Origin: Verrucomicrobiota bacterium
Lineage (GTDB): Bacteria > Verrucomicrobiota > Verrucomicrobiia > Limisphaerales > UBA1100
Direction: 5' to 3'
Assembly: GCA_030747505.1 (NCBI GenBank)
Contig: JASLKQ010000002.1
Coordinates: 17,549 to 81,548, forward strand
DNA: 64,000 nucleotides
In this document: positions 24,691 through 34,625 of the stretch, piece by piece
Layout of the letters: each line of letters starts with the position of its first letter
Numbering within the stretch: position 1 is the stretch's first letter
Notes under the pieces: model-generated
The model's input: only the letters and a program-made list of their open reading frames with translations
Told to the model about the DNA's origin: nothing
Database searches by the model: none
Translations under genes and position numbers: made by a program

Positions 24691-27504
24691 TTAACTGATC
24701 GCTTCCACGCAGCGTGTGCAGCATTCTGGGTGGGCCTCGTGTTGGCCTACGGTTTCTTCCCAGCGCCAGCATCGGATACACTTGGCTCCTGCAGCCTTGC
24801 TGACGACGTATTTGGGTGATTCGACATTTTCCTCCTCAACCAATTCCAGCTGTGAAACGTTGATCAATTCACGCAGTGGTTCGGCATGGGTTTGGGCAAT
24901 TTCGAGATCGGCAGACTTTGCCGTGATTGTTACGCGAGCTTCGAGTGCTTTGCCAATGAGTTTTTCCTGCCGCGCTTTTTCCAGTTGGGCCAAGGCTGGT
25001 TCGCGGTGGCCAAAGAGGTTTTCCCACACGGCCTTTTCTTCTTCTGCCAGTGAGAGCGATTCTTCCGGCCAATCGGCCAAGTGCACCGAGTCGGGCTTGT
25101 TGTTGGGAAGAAACTCCCATGCCTCCTCGGCGGTGAAGACGCAGATGGGCGCGAGCAGACGACTAAAGGCGGCGCAAAGGCGGTGCAGGGTGGTCTGCGC
25201 GGCGCGTCGTCGGGGTGCGTTGGCGCCGTCGGCATAAAGTCTATCCTTTACGCAATCATGATAGACGGCGGATAGCTCCACGGCCACGAACTGGCTGATT
25301 CGCTGATAGACCACATGATATTCAAAGCGTTCATAGGCTTCGGTGACATCACGCTGCATGGCGCCAAATTGATCCAGAATCCAGCGATCTAAACCAGTGA
25401 GTTCATTATTGGCTACCGTGTCCTTGGTTGGATCAAAATCATATAGGTTGCTGAGTTGATAGCGCAGGGCATTGCGCAGGTTGCGATAGGTTTCAGCGAC
25501 TTTCTTGATGCGTTCGTTACTGACTGTGATGTCATTGCGAAAATCCTGCGAGGCCACCCATAACCGGACAATATCCGCGCCATATTCGCCGACGTAGGCT
25601 TCACTGGTTTGTGGCTTGGCGTAGCCGCCTTGACTCTGTTTGCTTTTGGAGATTTTGTCCCGGTCCGCATCGACCATAAAGCCGTGGGTTATCACTGTCT
25701 TGAAAGGCGGTGCACCATTACCCGCCAGAGAGAGGAGCAGGGAGCTTTGAAACCAGCCACGATGCTGGTCGCTGCCTTCTAAGTAGACGTCAGCTTGCCA
25801 GTTTTCTGTGCCTTCTTTCTCGGAGTGATGCAGTTCTTCACGTTGCATGATGACCGAACGCGAACTAGAGCCTGAATCAATCCATACATCCAATGTATCA
25901 GTGGATTTTCCATCAGGTATAGGGCCATCCCAGCCTTCAGGTTGAACATCGCCCCAAAGCGTGTCTGTATCCCGCTCGAACCACACATTGGAGCCATGTT
26001 CTTCAATGAGCCTAGCAGTCTTGCGCACGATACGGGCATCAAGGATCGGTTCAGTCCCTGCGTAAAAAGCCGGGATTGGGACACCCCAGCTTCTTTGGCG
26101 GCTGATGCACCAGTCCGGGCGCCCTTCCACGGCCCCTTGAATGCGGTTTTGACCCCAATCAGGCACCCATTCAACCGAATCAATGGCAGCCAACGCCTGC
26201 TGACGGAAATTCTCGTGGTCGATCTTGATAAACCACTGGTCCATCGCGCGGAAAATGACCGGTGTCTTGCTACGCCAGCAGTGTGGATAGCTGTGAGAAT
26301 ATTCCTCCAGATGAACGAGCCGGTTTAATTGGCGTAGAAGCTCGAGAACCGACTCGTTGGCTTCACTTTTACCATTTTTCTCCAGGATAGATTTACCGAT
26401 CAGCTCTGCAGGCATCTGGGCTTCAGTCGGCAGGTCGTTGGTATGTGCGAGCCTGCCGGCATCATCGACAGGCGAATAGATGGGAAGCCCATTCTGACTG
26501 CCAAGTCCATAATCCTCCAAACCGTGTCCCGGCGCGACGTGGACAAACCCTGAACCGGTACTGTTTTCCACGAACGTGTCTCCGGCGAGAATAGGACCGG
26601 TCTTGTCAATGAAGGGATGCACGTAGCGCAAATGGCTGATTTCAGCGCCGGAAATTTCGCCAATCGTTTCAACGGTTTCCCAACCACAGGTCTCTGCCAC
26701 CTTGGGCAAAAGCGTGGACTCAAGAAGATAGATTTCCTCTCCCACCTTCGCGCGTACATAGGTAAACTGTGAATTATATGCTACTGCGAGATTGGCTGGC
26801 AGAGTCCATGGGGTGGTGGTCCAGATGATAATGAATGTATCCTTCTGGTTTTCCACGGGGCACTTCACAAAGATAGACTGACTGATGTGGTCGGCGTATT
26901 CCACCTCTGCCTCTGCCAAGGCGGTGCGGCACGGAATGCTCCAGTAAACTGGTTTTTTGCCACGGTAAACAAAACCTTTTTCGACAATGTCAGCAAAGAG
27001 GCGCAGTTCATCAGCTTCGTATTTTTTTTCGAGTGTGAGGTAAGGGTTATCCCAGTCACCAAATACTCCCAGACGCTTGAATTGAGTGCGCTGATGGTCA
27101 ATGTATTTGCGCGCGTAAGCTTCACATTCGCTCCTGATTTCTGCAGGGGTGGCGTCTTCTCGGCCAGACTTACGAAGCTCCTGAACCACCTTGAATTCGA
27201 TGGGTAACCCGTGGCAGTCCCAACCCGGCACATACGGTACATTTTTTCCCCGCATGGTTTGGAATTTCAGGATGATATCCTTGAGAATTTTATTGAGCGC
27301 GGTACCGATGTGAACGTCACCGTTGGCAAAGGGTGGCCCGTCATGGAGGATAAAGGTTTCCTTAGCCTTCGCGTGACGTTTGCGAAGGCGTGAGCAAATA
27401 TCCCCTTGATACCAATGCGCCAACCGCTCTGGCTCACGTTCCACTAAACCGGCCTTCATGGGAAAACCGGTTTGCGGCAGGTTTAACGTGTCCTTATAAT
27501 TCAT
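24691..27504 (-). CDS. ileS: Isoleucine--tRNA ligase
   Basis: MNYKDTLNLPQTGFPMKA, PPFANGDVHIGTALNK (HIGH), KISKSK (KMSKS), and a C-terminal Zn finger CIRCWRW...CTRC. I prefer the ATG at 27504 to 27531. Confidence 0.97.
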   Translation of the reverse strand: MNYKDTLNLPQTGFPMKAGLVEREPERLAHWYQGDICSRLRKRHAKAKETFILHDGPPFANGDVHIGTALNKILKDIILKFQTMRGKNVPYVPGWDCHGLPIEFKVVQELRKSGREDATPAEIRSECEAYARKYIDHQRTQFKRLGVFGDWDNPYLTLEKKYEADELRLFADIVEKGFVYRGKKPVYWSIPCRTALAEAEVEYADHISQSIFVKCPVENQKDTFIIIWTTTPWTLPANLAVAYNSQFTYVRAKVGEEIYLLESTLLPKVAETCGWETVETIGEISGAEISHLRYVHPFIDKTGPILAGDTFVENSTGSGFVHVAPGHGLEDYGLGSQNGLPIYSPVDDAGRLAHTNDLPTEAQMPAELIGKSILEKNGKSEANESVLELLRQLNRLVHLEEYSHSYPHCWRSKTPVIFRAMDQWFIKIDHENFRQQALAAIDSVEWVPDWGQNRIQGAVEGRPDWCISRQRSWGVPIPAFYAGTEPILDARIVRKTARLIEEHGSNVWFERDTDTLWGDVQPEGWDGPIPDGKSTDTLDVWIDSGSSSRSVIMQREELHHSEKEGTENWQADVYLEGSDQHRGWFQSSLLLSLAGNGAPPFKTVITHGFMVDADRDKISKSKQSQGGYAKPQTSEAYVGEYGADIVRLWVASQDFRNDITVSNERIKKVAETYRNLRNALRYQLSNLYDFDPTKDTVANNELTGLDRWILDQFGAMQRDVTEAYERFEYHVVYQRISQFVAVELSAVYHDCVKDRLYADGANAPRRRAAQTTLHRLCAAFSRLLAPICVFTAEEAWEFLPNNKPDSVHLADWPEESLSLAEEEKAVWENLFGHREPALAQLEKARQEKLIGKALEARVTITAKSADLEIAQTHAEPLRELINVSQLELVEEENVESPKYVVSKAAGAKCIRCWRWEETVGQHEAHPECCTRCVEAIS

Positions 27505-27546
27505 GGCTGACAAAGGCGGGGACGCTATCAATCGCGCCAGAGTGTG

Positions 27547-28029
27547 TCAATGGAGCGGCAGTTCTACTCCTTCAATTCTTAGCAGATGAATTTTCCAGTT
27601 CATACCGGCTGAGAAGCCGGTAAGGCTGCCGTTTGCTCCTACTATCCGGTGGCAGGGAATCAAGATCGGTATAGGGTTAGCCCTGCAGGCACCACCTACT
27701 GCTCTGGCTGCTTTGGGTTTGTTTAGTCGATAGGCTAGTTCCCCGTATGCTTCTACTTCTCCCATCGGGATCGATTGCAGTAAAGCCCACACTTCTCTCT
27801 GAAAATCGGTGCCCGAAGAGAGGTCCAAGGGAGGGTAATGTTTCGGCTTTTTGCCGTTCAGGATGGCATTCAAAGCTCTCTTGGTTTGGTTTATCCAGTG
27901 TTTTATTGGGGTGATGGTGTTTGAAACACGATCGATTTTAGTTTTTGGAAATTGTAACCTGGCTAATCCTTGTTTTGTATATTGAACCCGGAATTCGCCC
28001 AATTCTGTTTCAATTAGGGAGGAATTCAC
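27547..28029 (-). CDS. ogt: Methylated-DNA--protein-cysteine methyltransferase
   Basis: Active site IPCHRIV, with YGELAYRLNKPKAARAVGGACRANP. Confidence 0.9.
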   Translation of the reverse strand: MNSSLIETELGEFRVQYTKQGLARLQFPKTKIDRVSNTITPIKHWINQTKRALNAILNGKKPKHYPPLDLSSGTDFQREVWALLQSIPMGEVEAYGELAYRLNKPKAARAVGGACRANPIPILIPCHRIVGANGSLTGFSAGMNWKIHLLRIEGVELPLH

Positions 28030-28050
28030 AACACACGGTTTTGATATAAA

Positions 28051-28518
28051 TTACAACTGCGGGATGAGCAGGCTGAGAATGCTCCATAGCACGCCAATCA
28101 GGACGATCGTGAGAAGAATAAACCGATTGCGTGCAATCCGTGTCTCCTTGCGCAGGGCGGTGTAGCCGTTACTCCGCCCGGTGGCCAGATAAGTGACAAG
28201 TTTTTCGTTTGGGTTGGGTTCGGGTAAGGGTTCTTTCGTTTTGATTCGTTGCCACCAACCGTGTAGATCGAATTTTCGCACCCCTTGTTGATTGTATAAA
28301 CTTGGGCAGTCGCGTTTGGGCTTGTTTGCATCTTTCTTCAGATTGAGTTCGATAGAAACAGGATCCGTTTTCTCCAAGGTCTTGCGGATAAAAGCAGGAT
28401 TCTCCGAATGTGATGCATCCTGAAGAGCAATGATCTGTTCCTTGAGCTTATCTATTTCACTGCTCAGCTCTTGCGTACGATGAGTCACGGGATTGGTCTG
28501 GCGCGTAAACCACCCCAT
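28051..28518 (-). CDS. Hypothetical tail-anchored membrane protein (N-terminal coiled coil, single C-terminal TM)
   Basis: Starts MGWFTRQ. Coiled-coil segment ELSSEIDKLKEQIIALQ and C-terminal TM FILLTIVLIGVLWSILSLLI. It starts 4 nt after the upstream gene's stop. No family recognised. Confidence 0.5.
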   Translation of the reverse strand: MGWFTRQTNPVTHRTQELSSEIDKLKEQIIALQDASHSENPAFIRKTLEKTDPVSIELNLKKDANKPKRDCPSLYNQQGVRKFDLHGWWQRIKTKEPLPEPNPNEKLVTYLATGRSNGYTALRKETRIARNRFILLTIVLIGVLWSILSLLIPQL

Positions 28519-28522
28519 GCAT

Positions 28523-29164
28523 TTATCCTTGTGTACACAATACGGCCAAAATAACCGTGCCAATCAGTAATATTGGCCAAGTAAAAGCGAGGCCCCATAA
28601 ACACAATTCACCAAAGGATTTTGGCAATGGCAGGCCGTTTGGGTTGCCGGATGCAGTCGTAATTAATGGAGGAGAGGATGATTCCTGTCCGCTGGTTAAC
28701 AGAGGCCATTTTAGACGGGCCGAGTTGAGTTCCATGCGAGCATTTTCGATGGTTGTGAGATTGCGTGTAAGGACGACCTTCCATTGTTCATCATGAGTAT
28801 CCACGTCCTCCAGTAATTCAACTTTTGAAATGGCATCTCGAAGATCGTCCATAGTGCGAGCCATTTGTTCCGCTTCACGCTGGGCATCCATTTGGGATTC
28901 TTCCAGCAGACCGAGGCTTCGTGTGATTTCATGAATCATCTCCTCACGTCCAGTTTCAAACTCAGAAAATCGCCTTCGCGACTCCTCTACAGTCGCTTTT
29001 TCACGTTCCAGTTTTTCCCGGGCGCGGTTCAGTTCTGCAAGTTTGGTTTGCAGCGAAGTTGCTTGATTATCCAGTTCTTCCCGGTCTTCAGGAGGCCGGG
29101 TTATCTGCTTCGTCTCGATTAGGAAATCCTCCTCCAGCAAATCCGGCTCATTAAATGTAGCCAT
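28523..29164 (-). CDS. Hypothetical coiled-coil protein with a C-terminal TM anchor
   Basis: Acidic/basic heptad-like sequence (LQTKLAELNRAREKLEREKATVEESRRR) and C-terminal TM LWGLAFTWPILLIGTVILAVL. No family recognised. Confidence 0.55.
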   Translation of the reverse strand: MATFNEPDLLEEDFLIETKQITRPPEDREELDNQATSLQTKLAELNRAREKLEREKATVEESRRRFSEFETGREEMIHEITRSLGLLEESQMDAQREAEQMARTMDDLRDAISKVELLEDVDTHDEQWKVVLTRNLTTIENARMELNSARLKWPLLTSGQESSSPPLITTASGNPNGLPLPKSFGELCLWGLAFTWPILLIGTVILAVLCTQG

Positions 29165-29258
29165 GAGTTTCAGAATAAAATCCTTGGATCAAAAAGTAAA
29201 GCACGGGTTGGGGTGTTTGGGGTAAAATACCACAACCAGTTGGGGGCGGGGAAGTGAA

Positions 29259-32153
29259 TCAATGTTCAAAATTACGAACTTTCCGGAGACCGTACGCCAA
29301 AGGTCCAAATCCTACCGAAAGGGAGAAAATCAGAAATAGGCCCAAATAAATCAGTTGCTGGGTTTCATTCGCTCGTCCAAAAATCTGCCAGGGGGATCCG
29401 AATGGGGATCCAATTCCCAACATCATCACGGCCAGTCCGATATAAACAAAACTTACCACCAAACAGAACGTGCCGCCAAAACCGGATACAATTTTACTGG
29501 GATTGTCCTCTTTGAGATCCGGATACATGACCCCCATACCCATTGCTAATCCATTCAGTGCTAAAGCCATCACTGCAATACCCCCACAGAAGAATAATTT
29601 TTGAGAGGTTGGCATTTGTAACATATTGGAGGATAGCCAGATAAGAGGAATGGAAATAGCCAAGGAAATAGTGGTGGCCAGAAGATATTTGACTAAAACC
29701 ACGCGGTTTAAGCCTAGAGGGGAAAGCCCGACAATCCAGAGACGTTTTCCTTCTAGGGAAAATTGTGGAAAAACAAAACGAGTGGTTAGTGTCGCCAGAT
29801 TCAGCGCGCAGGCGGCCAGATTCATAAAACTAACAAGCTTGGAAAAATAATCGCTGCCAAAACGTCCGCTTGAAAAGAGAGAAGTAAATTGCTCAGTAAA
29901 GAAACGTAAGTTTAAAATATAAATCCCCAATATTCCGAAGAGGATTAACGATTGACCCCATTGTGCGGTGTCTCTCCAAAAGATGCGAATATCTTTCAGC
30001 ACCACAGCCCGTATATCCGGAGAAAGCAAGGGAAGTTGTTGGAGGAGTCGGTCCGTGAAGCCCGGCTGAAAGGTGAATACTTTTTGCTGCTCTACTCGTT
30101 TTTGGTACCACCTTTGGTAGCTTTTGGTGAGTGGGTTTTTCCATATCGCACAGCAGATTTGTATTACAGCTACAACTACAATAATCCAAGTACCCGTCCC
30201 AATGAATTTTAAGGCACTCAAGTTTTCTGCTCCACCTAATTGGTTTTTCCACTGGGAAGACTGCACCATAAAGATTCCCATCAGCACAAGAATCCCTGCT
30301 CCTGTAAACAAGTGGACGGTGCGAACATTGATGATCCATGAACCGATAGCCAATAGTGGAATAAACAGTAAAACGGTTGAGTAAAGAGAGGTAGGGTGAC
30401 CGGAATGAGGGGCTACAGCTTCAGAGGAGTCGGTCACTTGAGCTAATGCCCATCGGTCCAGCTTGCTGGAGGCAACATGAGCGGCGCCCCAAAAATCCTG
30501 AGCCACGGCCCCTTGGATGTGAGACCCAAAATTAGTACTGGAAAAGGTCAGGAGTAACTGGTTATTTCTTTCTTCTGCCAAGGTGCCTTCAAAATAATTC
30601 CCAAAATCTGTAACAAACATGCTTTCCCCGGTGGGATTGTTTTCCATGTCGACTTTCTCTACTAACCGACGGTAGTACAAACGGTAGATTGTGTTGGTGT
30701 CTGGGGTGGTTGCTCCCTTGGGGATGACGAGGTGTGTCTTGTTCATTACCGGTTTGGAGGTCATTCGCAATATATTTACGACTTTTCGAGGGGCCTCCGG
30801 TATCAGTGTTGCCTCCGGTTCAGCGGCAAACTTCATGGCTTCACCTCGCAGGTGACTGCGGCGCCGGGCCATGTCCAACCCTGAAAGGGTGGATCGCAGA
30901 TTGGCGTTGATCAAATACTCCAAGTCCGGGCCGAGTTGCTGCATCTCTCCAGATTCAATCCGTTCATAAAGCCGGCGGATTTCCGGTTTGAGAGCAAAGA
31001 GGGAGCCGTTTGCCAGACGGGGTTCGATCTGTAAAACTTGATTGGTTGACCAGTTTCCAAGGGTCTTTGTGGAAATATCCATATCGTTTTTCTGAGCAGC
31101 ATAACTTACTGCCAGAGGTTTGAATTCCCCCTTCCAATACTCTTTGAGTGCGGAGAGGTCGACCATCGGTAAAAACCATGCGAGTAGGATGACTTGCGCG
31201 CACATTCTGGGAGCAAAATAGAAAGCCTGACTCCAATCACCAGAAAGACTGCCGCGACTGAGAGTGGCGGAAAGTGACTGGTAGAAATATTTCCCGGTTT
31301 CGGTGAATCCAAGAAAACCAAAAAATAGGACGTTTGCAGCGAGGATGGCGATGAAGAACTGGGTTAAGGCACGCGCCCCATCTACCCAGTTGGTTAGAGT
31401 GCTTGAAAGCCAGTAACTGGGAAGGAATGGGAACTGGGCAAACTGGGTCTTTGCCAGAAGGCGATCAGTAAGATCCAGCACGCGCGTTTCGAGTGTCTGT
31501 TCGGTTGCCGCTTCCGGTTGCAGGTAAACTTTCACCATGTAGATCATGAAAAGCAGCAATAGAACTGCTGTGGTTTGGAATAAGCTTCGATCCAAGTAGC
31601 GAGCCATAAATACGGCAATCCAGCATCCGAAAATGGCTGGGAGGATGATGAAAAGGGTGACTAGGAAAGGAGTGATCAGATAGAAATCTAGGGTTGCTCT
31701 TTGGTGGATTCCGTAGGCGATGATTAGTGGAGCAATGAGCAGTAAAAATGCCCAAGAGGCGAAGATAGTGGTTTCCACCAGTTTCCATTGAAAGATATTG
31801 TTTGCCGAAAAGGGGAGTGTCTGTAGAAACCGCGTTTCTTGGTTGCGAAACATATTGGTGTATCCAACCACCACGTTGGAGAAGAGCAGCAAGGTGAACA
31901 ACATGGCGAAGAGCAGAAAAATGAGATGCTCAATCAGTAAGTCACCCAGTCCAGGGAATTTCGATATGTAGCGTAAACCACCCCAAAACATGCCTGAGGC
32001 AATAAGTGGGTAAAAAAGGAGAAACATTGCCACCATGGTCGACAAGGTCCCCGAACGAGTTCCTGCTTGAGTAAGTTGCCTCCACATCTGCAGAAAATTG
32101 ACCCGCAAAAGCAGGCCAAAGGGAGAAGAAAAACCTTTAGGCGATTGATCCAT
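29259..32153 (-). CDS. Large fused ABC-2-type transporter permease (two roughly 6-TM modules around a central soluble region)
   Basis: 964 aa with many hydrophobic helices in aa 30-330 and 590-960, and a hydrophilic segment at about aa 340-590. The start overlaps the stop of the ABC ATPase gene by 1 nt. Confidence 0.7.
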   Translation of the reverse strand: MDQSPKGFSSPFGLLLRVNFLQMWRQLTQAGTRSGTLSTMVAMFLLFYPLIASGMFWGGLRYISKFPGLGDLLIEHLIFLLFAMLFTLLLFSNVVVGYTNMFRNQETRFLQTLPFSANNIFQWKLVETTIFASWAFLLLIAPLIIAYGIHQRATLDFYLITPFLVTLFIILPAIFGCWIAVFMARYLDRSLFQTTAVLLLLFMIYMVKVYLQPEAATEQTLETRVLDLTDRLLAKTQFAQFPFLPSYWLSSTLTNWVDGARALTQFFIAILAANVLFFGFLGFTETGKYFYQSLSATLSRGSLSGDWSQAFYFAPRMCAQVILLAWFLPMVDLSALKEYWKGEFKPLAVSYAAQKNDMDISTKTLGNWSTNQVLQIEPRLANGSLFALKPEIRRLYERIESGEMQQLGPDLEYLINANLRSTLSGLDMARRRSHLRGEAMKFAAEPEATLIPEAPRKVVNILRMTSKPVMNKTHLVIPKGATTPDTNTIYRLYYRRLVEKVDMENNPTGESMFVTDFGNYFEGTLAEERNNQLLLTFSSTNFGSHIQGAVAQDFWGAAHVASSKLDRWALAQVTDSSEAVAPHSGHPTSLYSTVLLFIPLLAIGSWIINVRTVHLFTGAGILVLMGIFMVQSSQWKNQLGGAENLSALKFIGTGTWIIVVVAVIQICCAIWKNPLTKSYQRWYQKRVEQQKVFTFQPGFTDRLLQQLPLLSPDIRAVVLKDIRIFWRDTAQWGQSLILFGILGIYILNLRFFTEQFTSLFSSGRFGSDYFSKLVSFMNLAACALNLATLTTRFVFPQFSLEGKRLWIVGLSPLGLNRVVLVKYLLATTISLAISIPLIWLSSNMLQMPTSQKLFFCGGIAVMALALNGLAMGMGVMYPDLKEDNPSKIVSGFGGTFCLVVSFVYIGLAVMMLGIGSPFGSPWQIFGRANETQQLIYLGLFLIFSLSVGFGPLAYGLRKVRNFEH

Positions 32154-32914
32154 TAGCCCTGTTGCAATTGCCGTTGTGTCACTACATCTGATTCCTCACG
32201 GGTGAGGGCCAGAAAGGTCTCTTCGAGCGCTGCATTGTTAGTTCCGCCCAGGTTGTGGAGTTCTTCTTTGGTTCCAACAGCCACCATTTTACCCATGTGT
32301 ACGATCCCAATTCGATCGGCAATTTCTTCGGCTACGCTCAATTGATGAGTAGAGAGAAAGACAGTCATCCCTGTTTGGGAGCGTTCTTTTAGGACCTCTT
32401 TTAGAATGAATTGATGATGAGGATCCAATCCCACCATTGGTTCGTCTAACACAAATACGTCAGGGTTATGCATGAGGGCTGAAACGATGGCAATCCGTTG
32501 CCGGGTTCCATGAGACAAGCTCTCGATACTCTTTTTCAGATAGGGTTCAAGCGAGAATCTTGGGATAAGAGCGCGGGTCCGTTCCTGAATTTCTTCCTCT
32601 GTCATGTGAAAGAGCTGACCGGTGAATCGTAGAAATTCCCACGGGGTGAGTTTGTCATAAAGAAACGGAAAATCAGGTACGTAGGCAAGGCGTTTGCGAA
32701 CTTCTATGGGGTCAGACTGCACATCATAACCGCATACCTTAGCTGTGCCGCTGGTGGGGGAGATAAGGCCAACGAGCATTTTTATTGTGGTGGTTTTTCC
32801 GGCTGCATTGGGGCCGAGTACCGCAAAAAATTCACCCTTGTTGACTGTCAGACTAATGTCGTCAACAGCGGTCAAATCACCAAATTCTTTGATTAGATTA
32901 GTTAGTTCGATCAT
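32153..32914 (-). CDS. ABC transporter ATP-binding protein (ABC-2/DrrA-like)
   Basis: Walker A GPNAAGKTT, signature LSHGTRQR, Walker B VFVLDEP, H-loop STHQL. Confidence 0.92.
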   Translation of the reverse strand: MIELTNLIKEFGDLTAVDDISLTVNKGEFFAVLGPNAAGKTTTIKMLVGLISPTSGTAKVCGYDVQSDPIEVRKRLAYVPDFPFLYDKLTPWEFLRFTGQLFHMTEEEIQERTRALIPRFSLEPYLKKSIESLSHGTRQRIAIVSALMHNPDVFVLDEPMVGLDPHHQFILKEVLKERSQTGMTVFLSTHQLSVAEEIADRIGIVHMGKMVAVGTKEELHNLGGTNNAALEETFLALTREESDVVTQRQLQQG

Positions 32915-33828
32915 GGGTTGCGTCTTAGCTTTCCGTAAAAATTTTGATTACGCAGAACAATGGATTTTGGGAGGTTAAGTTTTGCGGTTTTACTAATGGT
33001 ATCGATTAGTACTTCAGGAATCTCAACTCTGAGGATTTCTCCGATTGTGTTGACGTATACTTTAATCAGCATGTTTTCCACCACAGGGATATCGAGCCTG
33101 TATACTTTAACGCGTGAGCGGACACCCGGCAGCAGGTCAATGTGTGCTTGTCGAGGGAGGTCTATTTTGAAGTTGAGTTGGGGTATCTGTAGATCCTTTG
33201 ACTTGAGTAGATTCTTAATGACTAGTGTAGCTCCACTCGCAGCGATATCCGGTATTCCTGCCAGCTTGAATCCGGTTTCAATTAGTTTTTCCGGTTCTTT
33301 CAGGTCAGTATAAGGGACATCTGCTTCTTGCTGTAAGTCACCTATTTCTAGTGATAGGTTCATGAAATCATTGGTTGTTTGCGCATTTACTTCAAATGCA
33401 TAATTGATTTCTTTAACCTCACGTTGAACACCTAATTGTAGACTCTTCCATCGATTTTCGGGAAATGAGCTGAAACTTAAATGGAAATCATAAATAAGGT
33501 CCTCACGTGAATCGGCGGCATACAGACGCCCCCGCCTAATATCGAGTGTATACTCATAGACCTTTTCCACCATTCCCTCGACACTGCCACTGCTGCCGTT
33601 CATGTCTCTGACCACATTGGGCGTCCATTCCAAAGCACCAAGTAGTTTACTTGTGCGTTCGTCTACAATTTGGAGTTTCGCTTCATCCTGTGCATTAAGC
33701 ATTTTTTTCCATACCACATGTATGTCCACAGCTGCCCCAAGGCTTTGCCCGGCGTATTCCACTTGCCAAAGCCGGTAGCTCATGAATACCCAAAAGGTAA
33801 ATAGAATGAAAAGTATGACGCGCTGCAT
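32911..33828 (-). CDS. Hypothetical protein with an N-terminal membrane anchor and a presumably periplasmic domain
   Basis: N-terminal TM ILFILFTFWVFMSY followed by a beta-rich soluble region. 4-nt overlap with the ABC ATPase gene. No family recognised. Confidence 0.55.
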   Translation of the reverse strand: MQRVILFILFTFWVFMSYRLWQVEYAGQSLGAAVDIHVVWKKMLNAQDEAKLQIVDERTSKLLGALEWTPNVVRDMNGSSGSVEGMVEKVYEYTLDIRRGRLYAADSREDLIYDFHLSFSSFPENRWKSLQLGVQREVKEINYAFEVNAQTTNDFMNLSLEIGDLQQEADVPYTDLKEPEKLIETGFKLAGIPDIAASGATLVIKNLLKSKDLQIPQLNFKIDLPRQAHIDLLPGVRSRVKVYRLDIPVVENMLIKVYVNTIGEILRVEIPEVLIDTISKTAKLNLPKSIVLRNQNFYGKLRRNP

Positions 33829-33846
33829 GTTGGGAGCGCGGTGAGC

Positions 33847-34572
33847 TTACTGCCCACGGGCTGGAATAATCAACTCTTGACCGATTTGTAATTTGGCCGG
33901 GTTTAGGCCTGGGTTAGCCCTGTAGAGTTGCTGGAGCGTAATGCTGTAGATTCGTGCAATACTGGTGGGATTTTGTCCGGACTTCACCATATGTCGTCTC
34001 GAATTGTTGTTTTGGGAAAGGGGAGTTGGGTTTTGATTTCCTGTATTGGGGGGGAGATTTACTATTTGATTGTTGGTGGACAGGGCGATGGGGGCAATCC
34101 CTTGGGTTTGAAGCTGATGGCGGAGGGCCTGATTTTCTGCGGCCAAGCGGTTGAGTTCGGTTCGTAATTGCTGGATGGCGCGGTCTGGTTGGTTTTTGGG
34201 TGAACCGAGAACTTCCTTAGCAAGATCTCCTTTGAGTGCCTCTATATGACCGCGGATTTCGGGTTTATCAGGGGCTTCTGCCATAAGTGTGAGGTAACGC
34301 TGAAGATGATAGATTGAGGCGGCTGGATCATTCTTGTGCGAAAGGAAAAGCAGGCCGATTTCCCTGTGGGCCAGAGAAGATCGGGGGTTAGCCTCCAGTG
34401 CCTTGTGGAATGACCGTTCTGCGCCTTCAAAATCCCGTTGTTGCATTTGACGACGACCATCAAGATAGTGGGGTTCTTTGTTCTCTGCATTGGCTGTGCC
34501 CCCAGTAGGTTCGCACCCAAAGAAAAAAAAGATTCCGGCGAGCAAAGCGAAACTGACTAGCAATCCACGCAT
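33847..34572 (-). CDS. Lipoprotein with TPR, coiled-coil and a C-terminal LysM (peptidoglycan-binding) domain
   Basis: MRGLLVSFALLAGIFFFFGC (lipobox), a TPR-like region (FEGAERSFHKALEANP), the coiled coil LRTELNRLAAENQALRHQL, and LysM HMVKSGQNPTSIARIYSITLQQLYRANPGLNPAKLQIGQELIIP. I prefer the ATG at 34572 to the track start at 34608. Confidence 0.75.
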   Translation of the reverse strand: MRGLLVSFALLAGIFFFFGCEPTGGTANAENKEPHYLDGRRQMQQRDFEGAERSFHKALEANPRSSLAHREIGLLFLSHKNDPAASIYHLQRYLTLMAEAPDKPEIRGHIEALKGDLAKEVLGSPKNQPDRAIQQLRTELNRLAAENQALRHQLQTQGIAPIALSTNNQIVNLPPNTGNQNPTPLSQNNNSRRHMVKSGQNPTSIARIYSITLQQLYRANPGLNPAKLQIGQELIIPARGQ

Positions 34573-34625
34573 GAACCAACAATGACCGGAAAGCGCTGTG
34601 ATTGGCAACAGCCAGTTGTGAACAG

